Shown in pieces: positions 10,245 through 20,322 of a stretch of DNA of 64,000 bases (position 1 is its first letter; each line of letters opens with the position of its first letter). The stretch lies in NCBI GenBank assembly GCA_040402835.1, contig JBBALW010000004.1; one strand, given 5' to 3'. Position numbers and translations under genes: made by a program. A model generated the notes under the pieces. It did not search any database. It was not told the origin of the DNA and worked only from the letters and a program-made list of their open reading frames with translations. Origin of the DNA: Flavobacterium sp. (GTDB lineage Bacteria > Bacteroidota > Bacteroidia > Flavobacteriales > Flavobacteriaceae).

Positions 10245-10330
10245 AAAAAAAACACAAAGCATAACTTTGTGTTTTTTGTGTCTTTATGATAAAAAAACCT
10301 ATCTCACATTTATATTTTGAATCAAATCAA
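10245..10330. repeat. direct repeat copy 2: the genuine accD 3' end plus terminator
   Basis: Matches 6061..6146 with about 4 substitutions and a T-run length difference. Confidence 0.9.
10252..10277. terminator. rho-independent terminator of accD (second copy of the same hairpin)
   Basis: ACACAAAG-cataa-CTTTGTGT flanked by an A-run on one side and a T-run on the other, so either strand reads hairpin plus U-run; about 25 nt downstream of the accD stop. Confidence 0.75.
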
Positions 10331-11153
10331 TATATAAATTAATTTTATCTTTCAATTCTTTTCTTGGAGTAATAAAATCTAGAAAACCGTGTTCCAAAAC
10401 AAATTCGGCAGTTTGAAATCCTTCTGGCAAATCTTTTCCAGTGGTATCTCGCACCACTCTTGGTCCTGCAAATCCAATCAAAGCGCCTGGTTCAGAAATA
10501 TTAATATCACCTAACATCGCATAAGAGGCAGTAGTTCCACCTGTAGTTGGATCAGTACATAAAGAAATATAAGGAATTCCAGCATCGGCTAATTGCGCTA
10601 ATTTTGCTGATGTTTTTGCCAATTGCATTAAAGAATAAGCAGCTTCCATCATCCTTGCACCACCTGATTTTGAAATCATTACAAATGGTGTTTTGTTTTT
10701 TATAGCGTAATCAATTCCACGAGCAATTTTTTCTCCCACAACAGCTCCCATAGAACCTCCAATAAAGGCAAAATCCATACAGCAAACTACCAAGTCTTTT
10801 CCTTTTGATTTTCCAACACCTGTCCGAACCGCATCTTTCAATTTGGTTTTTTCCATAGCATCTTTTAATCGATCGGCATATTTCTTGGTATCTACAAAAT
10901 GCAAAGGATCTTTGGAAGTCATTTTTGCATCTAATTCTTTGAATTCGTTGTTGTCGAATAAAATTTCGAAATATTCTTTACTTCCAATTCTAACGTGAAA
11001 ACCATCTTCAGGGCTTACCCAAAGGTTTCTAGCTAATTCTTCGGCATCGATAATTTTCCCTGTTGGGGATTTATACCACAATCCTTTCGGAACATCTTTT
11101 TTGTCCTCTGTTGCTGTAGTAATTCCTTTTTCTGTTCTTTTAAACCAAGCCAT
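10299..11153 (-). CDS. accD: acetyl-CoA carboxylase carboxyltransferase beta subunit
   Basis: 284 aa. MAWFKR.., carboxyltransferase core ([14 protein letters not shown].., SGGARMMEA). Confidence 0.93.
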   Translation of the reverse strand: MAWFKRTEKGITTATEDKKDVPKGLWYKSPTGKIIDAEELARNLWVSPEDGFHVRIGSKEYFEILFDNNEFKELDAKMTSKDPLHFVDTKKYADRLKDAMEKTKLKDAVRTGVGKSKGKDLVVCCMDFAFIGGSMGAVVGEKIARGIDYAIKNKTPFVMISKSGGARMMEAAYSLMQLAKTSAKLAQLADAGIPYISLCTDPTTGGTTASYAMLGDINISEPGALIGFAGPRVVRDTTGKDLPEGFQTAEFVLEHGFLDFITPRKELKDKINLYIDLIQNINVR

Positions 11154-11217
11154 ATTTTTAATGGATAATGGATAATTGACAATGGATAATTATTAATTGT
11201 CAATTATCATTTGTTAA

Positions 11218-12285
11218 TTACAAAGTGTTCACGTTATTCAAATCTGCGAAAGCTTGTTCTAATCTCGCATTGAATGTCATTTCTCCTTCACGAACCCATC
11301 TTCTTGGGTCGTAATATTTTTTATTTGGTTGATCTGATCCTGCTGGATTTCCGATTTGAGTTTTCAAATAATCAATATTTTTAACCATATAATCACGAAT
11401 TCCTTCTGTGTATGCAAATTGTAAATCGGTATCGATGTTCATTTTTATAACACCATAACCAATTGCTTCTCTAATTTCTTCAACCGTAGATCCTGAACCT
11501 CCGTGAAATACAAAATCAACTGGGTTTTTCCCTGTTTTGAATTTTTCTTGCACATAGTCTTGTGAATTTTTCAAGATTTTTGGTGTCAATTTCACGTTTC
11601 CGGGTTTGTAAACTCCGTGTACATTTCCAAAAGACGCTGCAATTGTAAAACGAGGGCTTACTTTCAACAATTCTTCATAAGCATACGATACTTCTGAAGG
11701 TTGTGTGTATAATTTTGAACTATCAACATCTGAATTGTCAACGCCATCTTCTTCGCCACCTGTAATTCCAAGTTCGATTTCCAATGTCATTCCCATTTTG
11801 CTCATTCTTGCCAAGTACGTTTTACAAATTTCAATGTTTTCTTCAATTGGTTCTTCGGATAAATCAATCATGTGAGAACTATAAAGTGGTTTTCCTGTTT
11901 CAGCAAAATGAATTTCACTTGCGTCCAATAAACCATCAATCCAAGGTAATAATTTTTTCGCACAATGATCAGTATGAAGAATCACGGTTGCGCCATAAGC
12001 TTCAGCTAAAGTATGAACGTGTTTTGCCCCTGCAATTCCACCCAAAATAGCTGCTTTTTCATTTGCATTTGACAATCCTTTTCCAGCATTAAAAACACAA
12101 CCTCCATTAGAAAATTGAATAATTACAGGTGCATTTAGTTTTGCAGCGGTTTCCAAAACTCCATTTATTGTGCTTGAACCCGTTACATTTATTGCAGGAA
12201 GTGCAAATCCTTTTTCTTTGGCGTAGCTAAAAATTGCTTGTACTGAATCTCCAGTTGCAACTCCAGCTTTAATGTTGTGTGACAT
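11218..12285 (-). CDS. fbaA: class II fructose-1,6-bisphosphate aldolase
   Basis: 355 aa. ..PAINVTGSSTINGVLE.., HTDHCAKK, FHGGSGS metal/substrate motifs. Confidence 0.93.
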   Translation of the reverse strand: MSHNIKAGVATGDSVQAIFSYAKEKGFALPAINVTGSSTINGVLETAAKLNAPVIIQFSNGGCVFNAGKGLSNANEKAAILGGIAGAKHVHTLAEAYGATVILHTDHCAKKLLPWIDGLLDASEIHFAETGKPLYSSHMIDLSEEPIEENIEICKTYLARMSKMGMTLEIELGITGGEEDGVDNSDVDSSKLYTQPSEVSYAYEELLKVSPRFTIAASFGNVHGVYKPGNVKLTPKILKNSQDYVQEKFKTGKNPVDFVFHGGSGSTVEEIREAIGYGVIKMNIDTDLQFAYTEGIRDYMVKNIDYLKTQIGNPAGSDQPNKKYYDPRRWVREGEMTFNARLEQAFADLNNVNTL

Positions 12286-12333
12286 TTTGTGTTGTTTAAA
12301 AGTTTAAGCAGGCAAAATTAATAATTTATAAGC

Positions 12334-14895
12334 TTAGAACGGGTAATTAATTCCAATATTTACTACAGAATTCGCAAAATTGTAATCTCTGAACCATCTC
12401 TTGCTTTCTTCTTCGGCTGGATTGTAGGTTTTAAAACCAAAATCCAAACGAATTACGAAAAAATTAAAATCATATCGAAGTCCAAATCCCGAACCAACAG
12501 CACTATTTTTCAGAGAATTCAAATTTTTAAACACCGATTTTTCATCGTCAACATTGTCCAAAACATTCCAAATATTTCCTGCATCTACAAATAAAGCGCC
12601 GTTTAACTGCCCTATCATATTGAATCGAAGTTCCGCGCTAAATGCTAATTTTAGATTGGCTTCGTTGAAATCATTCATTCCGCCACTCGCTCCTGGACCT
12701 AATCCGTAGGACTGCCAAGCTCTATTGTCATTGGTTCCGCCAGCAAAATAACTTCTTGAAAAAGGAATAGTATTAGAATTTCCATAAGGAATTGCTATTC
12801 CTGCAAAACTTCTAATAGCAAGAATTCTTTTGCGATGTAAATCCCATAATTTTATAAATTCGCCTTCTGCTTTTAAATATTGAGAATATTGAACTTCAAA
12901 AAATTTATTGTTTTCACCTTGATTTTTCAGTTGTTTTGAAGTGTTCGCAAGCAATGATAATAAGTTTCCAGCCGATTCTATTTTTCCTCTAAAAATCATA
13001 AAATCATTGTCGTTTTGATCTTTTTTTGTGGTTTCAGAATAGCTATAACTTGACGAAACAATCAAATCATTTTCCGTTAAACGACTACGACGTTCTTCAA
13101 TACTTCGGATGGTTTTGTAATCGGCAGCACTTGGAATTACAGTAGGATTTGCTCCTAAAATATCATTTAAAAATCCATTGGTTCCGCTTTCAATAATTAA
13201 ATTATGTACGCTATTAAAATAACTTGGATTTACACTGTAAGTTGAATTTTGCGCCAATGAATTTAATACATTATAGGAAGATTTATAGATATTGAAGTAA
13301 TTGCTTGTATTTACATTTTTTACAAATTGCACATTCAATAATTCAAAACGGGCTTTGATATTTTGCCTCGGATTCCAATTATAATTCATAGAACTCGTAA
13401 AATTTTGCTTGTCTAAACCAATGTTTTCTTGCTTGGCATATCCAATAGCAAAACTCGTAAAGGGCAACATACTTTTCGGAATAATTCTGTCGGTTTTTAA
13501 TGGAAAGAACAAACTAGGAAAATGCAATTTCATATCCACACCATACTCAGAAACATTGAAAAAGTTGTTTTTTATGTTGGCAACTTCTTTGGATGAACCA
13601 ATATTTCCTCTCGCAGCAATTTCTAATGTTTCGGCACCACGGAAAATATTTCTAATGGAAACCGAAGTGCTTGCCGTAATTCCGATATCCTGAATGGCAG
13701 AATGTGTTAAATCAAAATTATATCCAAAGCTCAATTTCTTCCTTGGCGATAAATAAATGTTGGCAATTAGCGAATTTGCAGTTGCGTCTTTCGGGTCAAC
13801 AGTATATTGAATTGACGGATAATTAAAAACCCGTAAATTCCCCAAAGCCCTTGATGTCAAAGTTGTTTTTGTATCGGAAAAAATACTTCCTTTAGTAATA
13901 AAAACAGCGTCTGTAATTGCTTTTGGTCTGAATTTTAATTTTGATTTGCTAAATAAATTGAAGTTATTATACGTAATACTATCTGTGATTTTTGACTTGT
14001 CTTTTGAAGTTAAATTATCTGTATAAATATTAATGTCGCTAATTTTATACAATTTAAATGGCGAAATTTTTGTAGAATCACCTTCTCTGACAGATTGATT
14101 TTCAATATTTATGTCAATGTTCGCTTTGTTATTCGAATTCAGAGTGTCAATTGCATAATTTACATAATTTTGTTGAAAATAATAGGCGCCATTGTTTCTG
14201 AAATCTGCAGTAATTCGATTTCTTTCAGCATCAAAATCCAGTTTTTTATATTGTTTTCCCGATTTAAGAAATGTCAATCCTTTATTTATTTTATATAAAG
14301 AATCCAATAAAGGCGTGTTTATTTTTACTAAAATGGTATCTAAAAGAAATGGTTTCCCAGTTGAAATGGTATAGTTTACGCTGGCTTTCTTTTTGCTTAC
14401 GGAATCAATTTTAAATTCCCCTTTTATATTGAAATACCCTTTGTCAAAATAATAAGATTTTAATCTTAGCAAAGAACGATTCGTACTTTTATCGTCTAAA
14501 ATTACAGGTGCTTCACCAGTTTTTTTAAGAAAGGTATGAATTCCAGAATAGTAGAACGAATTTCCTAATCGATCGACTTGTTTTTTGGAAAGCCATTTTG
14601 ATAATTGGGTATATTTCTCAGGATTTTTAATGTATTTCGACTTATAAATAGAATCGGGATTGGGAGTCGCCAAATTAAAAATATTCAACCGCAGTCGATA
14701 ACCAAGTAACGAACTATTTGGTTTTTGATACAACTGATTAGTTATGTCCTCATTACTTTCCTTTTTGCTGTTTACTAAAATTTCATTCTTTGTAAGTAGC
14801 ATTTTTCCGTTTGGAACCCTTTTCAAAGTGTTACAAGCAGATATAATTAACGCAATTAAAATAAATAATGATATTTTTGTAGTCTGGTTTCTCAA
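12334..14895 (-). CDS. Omp85-family outer-membrane protein, TamL/TamA-like lipoprotein
   Basis: 853 aa. TTG start, signal peptide with lipobox-like ..IISAC, POTRA-like N-terminal part, C-terminal beta-barrel ending ..GINYPF. Confidence 0.7.
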   Translation of the reverse strand: MRNQTTKISLFILIALIISACNTLKRVPNGKMLLTKNEILVNSKKESNEDITNQLYQKPNSSLLGYRLRLNIFNLATPNPDSIYKSKYIKNPEKYTQLSKWLSKKQVDRLGNSFYYSGIHTFLKKTGEAPVILDDKSTNRSLLRLKSYYFDKGYFNIKGEFKIDSVSKKKASVNYTISTGKPFLLDTILVKINTPLLDSLYKINKGLTFLKSGKQYKKLDFDAERNRITADFRNNGAYYFQQNYVNYAIDTLNSNNKANIDINIENQSVREGDSTKISPFKLYKISDINIYTDNLTSKDKSKITDSITYNNFNLFSKSKLKFRPKAITDAVFITKGSIFSDTKTTLTSRALGNLRVFNYPSIQYTVDPKDATANSLIANIYLSPRKKLSFGYNFDLTHSAIQDIGITASTSVSIRNIFRGAETLEIAARGNIGSSKEVANIKNNFFNVSEYGVDMKLHFPSLFFPLKTDRIIPKSMLPFTSFAIGYAKQENIGLDKQNFTSSMNYNWNPRQNIKARFELLNVQFVKNVNTSNYFNIYKSSYNVLNSLAQNSTYSVNPSYFNSVHNLIIESGTNGFLNDILGANPTVIPSAADYKTIRSIEERRSRLTENDLIVSSSYSYSETTKKDQNDNDFMIFRGKIESAGNLLSLLANTSKQLKNQGENNKFFEVQYSQYLKAEGEFIKLWDLHRKRILAIRSFAGIAIPYGNSNTIPFSRSYFAGGTNDNRAWQSYGLGPGASGGMNDFNEANLKLAFSAELRFNMIGQLNGALFVDAGNIWNVLDNVDDEKSVFKNLNSLKNSAVGSGFGLRYDFNFFVIRLDFGFKTYNPAEEESKRWFRDYNFANSVVNIGINYPF

Positions 14896-14933
14896 AGGTT
14901 GTGAAATATTTAATTCAAAAGTACATTATTTCT

Positions 14934-15668
14934 ATGGTTAGTAAAAACCAAATAAAGTTAATCTCGAGTTTGCAACAAAAAAAGTTCCGTTTTGCAAACC
15001 AATTATTCTTTGCTGAAGGCGTAAAAGTAATTCAGGAATTGTTGAAATCCAACTTTATATTGGAACATTTATACACAACCGAACCCCTTTTTGATGCCGT
15101 TAATGCCGATTTTAAAACCCTAATTTCAGAAAGTGATTTAAAGAAAATAAGTGCGCTTTCAACTCCAAATAATTGTTTAGCAGTTTTTAAAATCCCTTTG
15201 GTCAAGCCAATAATTGAGCAGGGATTAATCATTGCTTTAGACGACATTCGAGATCCGGGAAATTTAGGCACCATTTTGAGATTATGCGATTGGTTTGGAA
15301 TTTCACAAGTAATTTGTTCAGAACAAACGGTTGATATTTACAATCCAAAAGTCGTGCAAGCCACTATGGGTTCTATTGCGAGAGTAAATGTAAGCTATGT
15401 AGATTTGAATTTATTTCTCCAAAAAACAACACTCCCAGTTTTTGGAACTTTTATGGATGGCTCCACTATTTATCAAGAAACCCTACCAAAAGAAGCGGTA
15501 ATTGTGATGGGAAATGAAGCAAATGGAATTTCTGAAAGCATCGAAAAAACTATAAAAAACAGATTGACAATTCCTCGTTTTGGCGATTTGCAACAAACGG
15601 AAAGTTTGAATGTAGCAACTGCAACTGCAATTATTTTGAGCGAATTTAGAAGGTTGACTGTGTCGTAA
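14934..15668 (+). CDS. TrmH/SpoU-family RNA 2'-O-methyltransferase
   Basis: SPOUT motifs (LDDIRDPGNLGTILR, VMGNEANGIS, SLNVATATAIIL). I prefer the ATG at 14934 over the track's GTG at 14901. Confidence 0.85.
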   Translation: MVSKNQIKLISSLQQKKFRFANQLFFAEGVKVIQELLKSNFILEHLYTTEPLFDAVNADFKTLISESDLKKISALSTPNNCLAVFKIPLVKPIIEQGLIIALDDIRDPGNLGTILRLCDWFGISQVICSEQTVDIYNPKVVQATMGSIARVNVSYVDLNLFLQKTTLPVFGTFMDGSTIYQETLPKEAVIVMGNEANGISESIEKTIKNRLTIPRFGDLQQTESLNVATATAIILSEFRRLTVS

Positions 15669-15730
15669 AGCCATTCAAAACACAATAGAAAATTAAACAC
15701 AATAAAATAAAATAGTTATCTTTAATTAAT
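15385..15730 (+). repeat. direct repeat copy 1: last ~92 codons of the TrmH-family gene plus ~60 nt downstream
   Basis: About 330 nt are near-identical to 19377..19726. By eye I counted 3 substitutions and 1 single-base indel before the ends diverge. Confidence 0.95.
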
Positions 15731-15811
15731 ATTTTAGAAAAAGTATTCAGAACCGCCATGATTTAATTCAAATGTTCGGGTTTAAAAAAATATTAACTCA
15801 ATAAATAAATC

Positions 15812-18688
15812 ATGAGAATTAAAAATTTATTAAAAAGCATTTTAATTTTATGCTTTACAATTATTACAAATGCACAAGAAAATTCAAAAACATTTCAAAA
15901 TCAGCAATATGAAAAAATAGACAATCAATGGAAAGTTTTGAACACTTCAGATTTAACATATTATCCTATTCAAAATAATTTGGTATCTATTAAATTTGTT
16001 CTAAACACCAGCCAAGAAACAATTTATAGTTTTGCTTCTCAAAATAATTTAACTTTTATAAGAAAAGCAATTACCGGTTGGTGTGATTTTCAAATAAATG
16101 ACGTTTCTAATGACGTTTTCTACAAATGCACAACCATGAAAACAGTAAATTCAAATATCATTGATAAACTTGAAATTCCAACTCAAGGTTTATATAACAC
16201 TTCTCCAAATGACCCAAGCTATTCAGCTCAATGGCATTTAAACAGAATTAACGCAAGTGATGCTTGGAACATAACAACAGGAAACCCAACGGTGAAAGTT
16301 GCAGTAATCGACTCAGGAACAGACTGGACACACAACGATTTAGGTCAAGGAAATGATACTTTTCAAAACATTTACTTAAACAGTGGAGAGGATGCTTGGT
16401 CAAACCCTTATAATCCCTCAACTGGTAACGGTATTGACGATGACGGAAATGGATTAATTGATGATTGGAAAGGCTACAATTTTGACTTAAATAATAATAA
16501 TTCAAGAGGAATAATCCCACATGGAACGCACGTTGCAGGAATAATTGGCGCGAAAACAAATAATAATCTTGGGGTAGCTGGTGTTGCAGGAGGATTTAAT
16601 AATGAAGGTGTGAAAATTTTACCAGTTGGTGTGGGTCAAAACGCGCCAAATTCTATAGCAATTGATGATGCTATTTTATACGCTGGCGCCACGGGTTGTA
16701 AGATAATCAACTTAAGTTTAAGTATTGGATATAGCCAAGCAGTAAATGAAGCTATTGATTATGCTTACAATGTTTATGGCTCAATTATTGTTGCTTCGTC
16801 TGGTAATTATGGATTACAAGTATTGCAGTTTCCATCTTCCAACCCATCCGTAATTTCTGTTGGTGCCACAACACAAAACGATACTAGATTGTTAGGTTCA
16901 AATTATAGTGAAAATCTATTCATTACAGCACCAGGAATTAATATTCTTACTACCACATTAAATAATAATTATACAAACTTTGGGCTCACTTCAGCTTCAG
17001 CCCCTATAATTAGTGGAGTCATTGCATTGATGTATTCAGTGAATCCTTGTTTAACACAAGAACAGGTAAAAAATATTTTAAAAGAAACTGCAGAAAAAGT
17101 GGGTGGATATAACTATCAATGGAATCCAAATAATTTAGGACATTCATTAGAATTAGGTTATGGTCGTGTAAATGCTTTTCTAGCAGTACATGCAGCACAA
17201 GGTTTAAATCCATATATTTTAGATTTAATGATCAGAGATGAAATCGATGATATTGGAATTGAGCCAAACACAATTACTAACTACTTTTGGGCAAGTCCAG
17301 ACATTTGGATTAGGAAGAATGATGATAATGGTTTGGAACATCAAAATCCAGAATATCATCCTACTATCCCAAATTATGCTTACATTAGTGTAAAAAACAA
17401 AAGTTGTATTCCATCTAATGGAGATGAAATTATTACCTTAAACTGGGCAAAAGCAGGAAGCTCATTATCATGGCCAACTTCTTGGAATGGTCAAAATTTT
17501 TTTCAACCACCAAATGATACCGTAAAACTTGGTGACTTAGCCGGATCAGTTGAAATTCCTGTTTTACAACCTGGGCAGGAAACCATTGTAAAAATTCCAT
17601 TTTATGTTCCAAATACACAAAATTATAGTTGGTTTCAAGGCTGGGAGCAATGGCATTTTTGTTTGTTGGCAAGAATTGAAGCAATAAATGATCCATTAAC
17701 AGAAACTACAGATTTAGTTGAGAATGTTATAAATAATAATGGTATAGCTTGGAAAAATATTACAATTGTAGACGTTGAATCTAACTCAACTAGTGGAACA
17801 ATAGCTGTAGGTAATCCTTCTGAAGCATCTCGAACCTTCTTTTTAGAATTTATAGTTGAGAATTTAGAAACTGGCAAGCCTATTTTTGAAGAAGCTGAAG
17901 TAGGCATAAAAATGGACGATATTTTATATGAAGCTTGGGTAAGAGGTGGTAATATATCAGAGCATTTAGATTCCACTTCAGATGTAAAACGAAAAATTAT
18001 AAAAGGGAATAATGTAATTCTGGATAATATTGCTTTCAATGCAAATGAAATTGGATCACTTACTATTAACTTTAATTTTTTAACTCAAGAGTTAACCGAA
18101 AAATCTAATTTCCGATATCATGTTATTCAAAAAGATGCTTTAACAGGTAAAATTATTGGAGGGGAAACTTTTGAAATAAAGAAAAAATCAAGAAGTTTAT
18201 TTGTAGCTAATGCTCCTGATTTAGAAGTAGATTTACATGAACCAATAACTATAAGCGCTCAAGATATAAATGAACCAGCCATATACAATTGGTATGATAA
18301 TCAAGGTGTGTTAATTTTTCAAGGCAAAGATTTGCAAATTGCAAGTGCTATTGCAGAAAATTATAAATTGGAAGTAATTTCAACCACGGACGGATTTAAG
18401 GATTATAAAGAGGTTGAAGTAAGTTTAAAACCGAGTATTTTAGAAAGTATAACTCCAAACCCAAGTAATAACAATGCAAATATAAATTATAAAATAAATG
18501 GAGCAAATTCGGCTTATTTAATGGTAATTGGCTTATTAGGAAACAGCGGAACGTCAAACAATTATATTTTAGATTTAAATTCAACCGAAACCAACCTTAA
18601 CATCAGCACTTATCCGATTGGATTTTACACCGTAGCACTTATTGTAGATGGTGTAATAACCGATGCAAAAACATTATTTAAACATTAA
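15812..18688 (+). CDS. secreted S8 (subtilisin-family) serine peptidase with T9SS C-terminal sorting domain
   Basis: 958 aa. Signal peptide; catalytic D (VAVIDSGTD), H (HGTHVAGIIGA), S (LTSASAPIISG); C-terminal ..ITPNPSNNNANINYKI...GFYTVALIVDG...KTLFKH resembles a type A Por sorting domain. Confidence 0.9.
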   Translation: MRIKNLLKSILILCFTIITNAQENSKTFQNQQYEKIDNQWKVLNTSDLTYYPIQNNLVSIKFVLNTSQETIYSFASQNNLTFIRKAITGWCDFQINDVSNDVFYKCTTMKTVNSNIIDKLEIPTQGLYNTSPNDPSYSAQWHLNRINASDAWNITTGNPTVKVAVIDSGTDWTHNDLGQGNDTFQNIYLNSGEDAWSNPYNPSTGNGIDDDGNGLIDDWKGYNFDLNNNNSRGIIPHGTHVAGIIGAKTNNNLGVAGVAGGFNNEGVKILPVGVGQNAPNSIAIDDAILYAGATGCKIINLSLSIGYSQAVNEAIDYAYNVYGSIIVASSGNYGLQVLQFPSSNPSVISVGATTQNDTRLLGSNYSENLFITAPGINILTTTLNNNYTNFGLTSASAPIISGVIALMYSVNPCLTQEQVKNILKETAEKVGGYNYQWNPNNLGHSLELGYGRVNAFLAVHAAQGLNPYILDLMIRDEIDDIGIEPNTITNYFWASPDIWIRKNDDNGLEHQNPEYHPTIPNYAYISVKNKSCIPSNGDEIITLNWAKAGSSLSWPTSWNGQNFFQPPNDTVKLGDLAGSVEIPVLQPGQETIVKIPFYVPNTQNYSWFQGWEQWHFCLLARIEAINDPLTETTDLVENVINNNGIAWKNITIVDVESNSTSGTIAVGNPSEASRTFFLEFIVENLETGKPIFEEAEVGIKMDDILYEAWVRGGNISEHLDSTSDVKRKIIKGNNVILDNIAFNANEIGSLTINFNFLTQELTEKSNFRYHVIQKDALTGKIIGGETFEIKKKSRSLFVANAPDLEVDLHEPITISAQDINEPAIYNWYDNQGVLIFQGKDLQIASAIAENYKLEVISTTDGFKDYKEVEVSLKPSILESITPNPSNNNANINYKINGANSAYLMVIGLLGNSGTSNNYILDLNSTETNLNISTYPIGFYTVALIVDGVITDAKTLFKH

Positions 18689-18745
18689 AAAAAGTAACAC
18701 CACAACTTTGGCGTGGTTATTTTATTAACTTTAATAATAAAAACT

Positions 18746-19252
18746 ATGAAATTAACAACGTTCAAAAACAAAAGTAACAATTTTTTACTATTTCGTAAAT
18801 CATCCATTTTATCATTTATTTTATTTTTTATGTTACTATCTTGTAGTAATAATAATGAAGAACCAATCCCAAGTTTTACCCCACAAAACATTCCTTTTAC
18901 TTTGATTGGAAAAAATCACATGTATAGTCAAACAAATATTCCACAGCAGAATACTATAATTACTAATCAAACACAGTGGACTAATTTACTTAATCAAATG
19001 AATCCGTTGATTTGGGATCCATTTACAACAACTACTATTGACTTTACTACTGATATTTTAATTGTAGTAGTTGACATGGATTTAAGACCAAATACTAGTT
19101 ACGCAATTACTATTAATTCAATTGCTGAAAATCAAAATAATATTGTCGTTAATGTTTCTACTAGCGGCTCTATGTTTGGTTATAATGCAGGAATTCAGCC
19201 GTATCACATTGTAAAAATTCCTATACAATCTAAACCATTTGTTTTCCGATAA
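18746..19252 (+). CDS. lipoprotein, PrcB-like (protease-complex accessory, PrcB_C-type C-terminus)
   Basis: Lipobox FMLLSC. C-terminus ..YAITINSIAENQNNIVVNV...IQPYHIVKIP resembles the PrcB_C pattern as I remember it. Sits directly after the S8 protease. Start chosen at the ATG (MKLTTF..). Confidence 0.5.
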   Translation: MKLTTFKNKSNNFLLFRKSSILSFILFFMLLSCSNNNEEPIPSFTPQNIPFTLIGKNHMYSQTNIPQQNTIITNQTQWTNLLNQMNPLIWDPFTTTTIDFTTDILIVVVDMDLRPNTSYAITINSIAENQNNIVVNVSTSGSMFGYNAGIQPYHIVKIPIQSKPFVFR

Positions 19253-19376
19253 ATACTTTTATTGAGCCCAAGCTGGTGAGCTATTACCTTGTTGTTTTCC
19301 GGTTAAAATGAAATTGAAAAGTAAAATAATTCAAAACGTTAAAATAGAATTAGTTGCAACTAAACTGTTACAAGGT

Positions 19377-19660
19377 TAAATGTGAGCTATGTAGATTTGA
19401 ATGTATTTCTCCAAAAAACAACACTCCCAGTTTTTGGAACTTTTATGGATGGCTCCACTATTTATCAAGAAACCCTACCAAAAGAAGCGGTAATTGTGAT
19501 GGGAAATGAAGCAAATGGAATTTCTGAAAGCATCGAAAAAACTATAAAAAACAGATTGACAATTCCTCGTTTTGGCGATTTGCAACAAACGGAAAGTTTG
19601 AATGTAGCAACTGCAACTGCAATTATTTTGAGCGAATTTAGAAGGTTGACTGTGTCATAA
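19377..19660 (+). pseudogene. 3' fragment of the TrmH/SpoU methyltransferase gene (non-functional duplicate)
   Basis: Track ORF 19382..19660 reproduces residues ~164-255 of the 14934..15668 product and lacks the N-terminal two-thirds of the SPOUT domain. Confidence 0.88.
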
Positions 19661-19726
19661 AGCCATTCAAAACACAATAGAAAATTAAACACAATAAAAA
19701 TAAAATAGTTACGTTTATCAATTAAT
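19377..19726 (+). repeat. direct repeat copy 2 (displaced 3' end of the TrmH-family gene)
   Basis: See 15385..15730. Over 98% identity in the core. Confidence 0.95.
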
Positions 19727-20129
19727 GAAAAACATTTTTATCATATTTATTGCTTTTTATTCGATGGGAACGATAGTATTGCCTTCGAGTGATTTTTCTA
19801 TTATTGGAAATTTGCCAAAAATCTATGAACATTGCAAAACTACCGAAGATAAAGACATGACACCAATGGACTTTATTACGGATCATTTAATGAATATTGA
19901 CGGGATTTTTGATAAACACCAAAACGGAGACGAACAAAAACCGCATAAATCATTAGAGTATAATATTCACCATTCAACTTTTGTATTTATTCAAGAATTT
20001 AAGTATTTTGAATTCAAAAACAGTAATGAATTTGTGTCGCCCGACCAAATAAAAATTTCAAATTATAAAAACACATTGTATTCCTATAATGCTGTTTTTT
20101 CAATCTTTCGACCTCCAATAGTTGCTTAA
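19725..20129 (+). CDS. hypothetical protein with N-terminal signal/anchor
   Basis: 134 aa, hydrophobic N-terminus (IFIIFIAFYSMGTIVL). No domain recognised. Confidence 0.5.
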   Translation: MKNIFIIFIAFYSMGTIVLPSSDFSIIGNLPKIYEHCKTTEDKDMTPMDFITDHLMNIDGIFDKHQNGDEQKPHKSLEYNIHHSTFVFIQEFKYFEFKNSNEFVSPDQIKISNYKNTLYSYNAVFSIFRPPIVA

Positions 20130-20322
20130 GTAAGTCGAAAGTTTTTAATGTCGTAAAGTCAAAAGTCTCAAAATAGTAAGAAAATAGATAAAATCAGTCT
20201 ATCACAATAAATAACCTATTTTAAAATTCGACACTTAATTATACTTACTACTCAATAGATAATAAAACGTATCTCATAACAGAGAAAAAAAGAAATTATT
20301 TTTAAAATTTAATTAAGCAAAA

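Noticed and set aside
17635-18039. 134-aa minus-strand ORF inside the S8 protease gene
   Set aside because: Antisense shadow ORF of a gene with clear catalytic motifs. No independent signals.
19382-19660. 92-aa ORF as an independent small methyltransferase
   Set aside because: It is a near-identical copy of only the C-terminal third of the TrmH-family gene, with a GTG pseudo-start created at the repeat boundary. I treat it as a displaced gene fragment.
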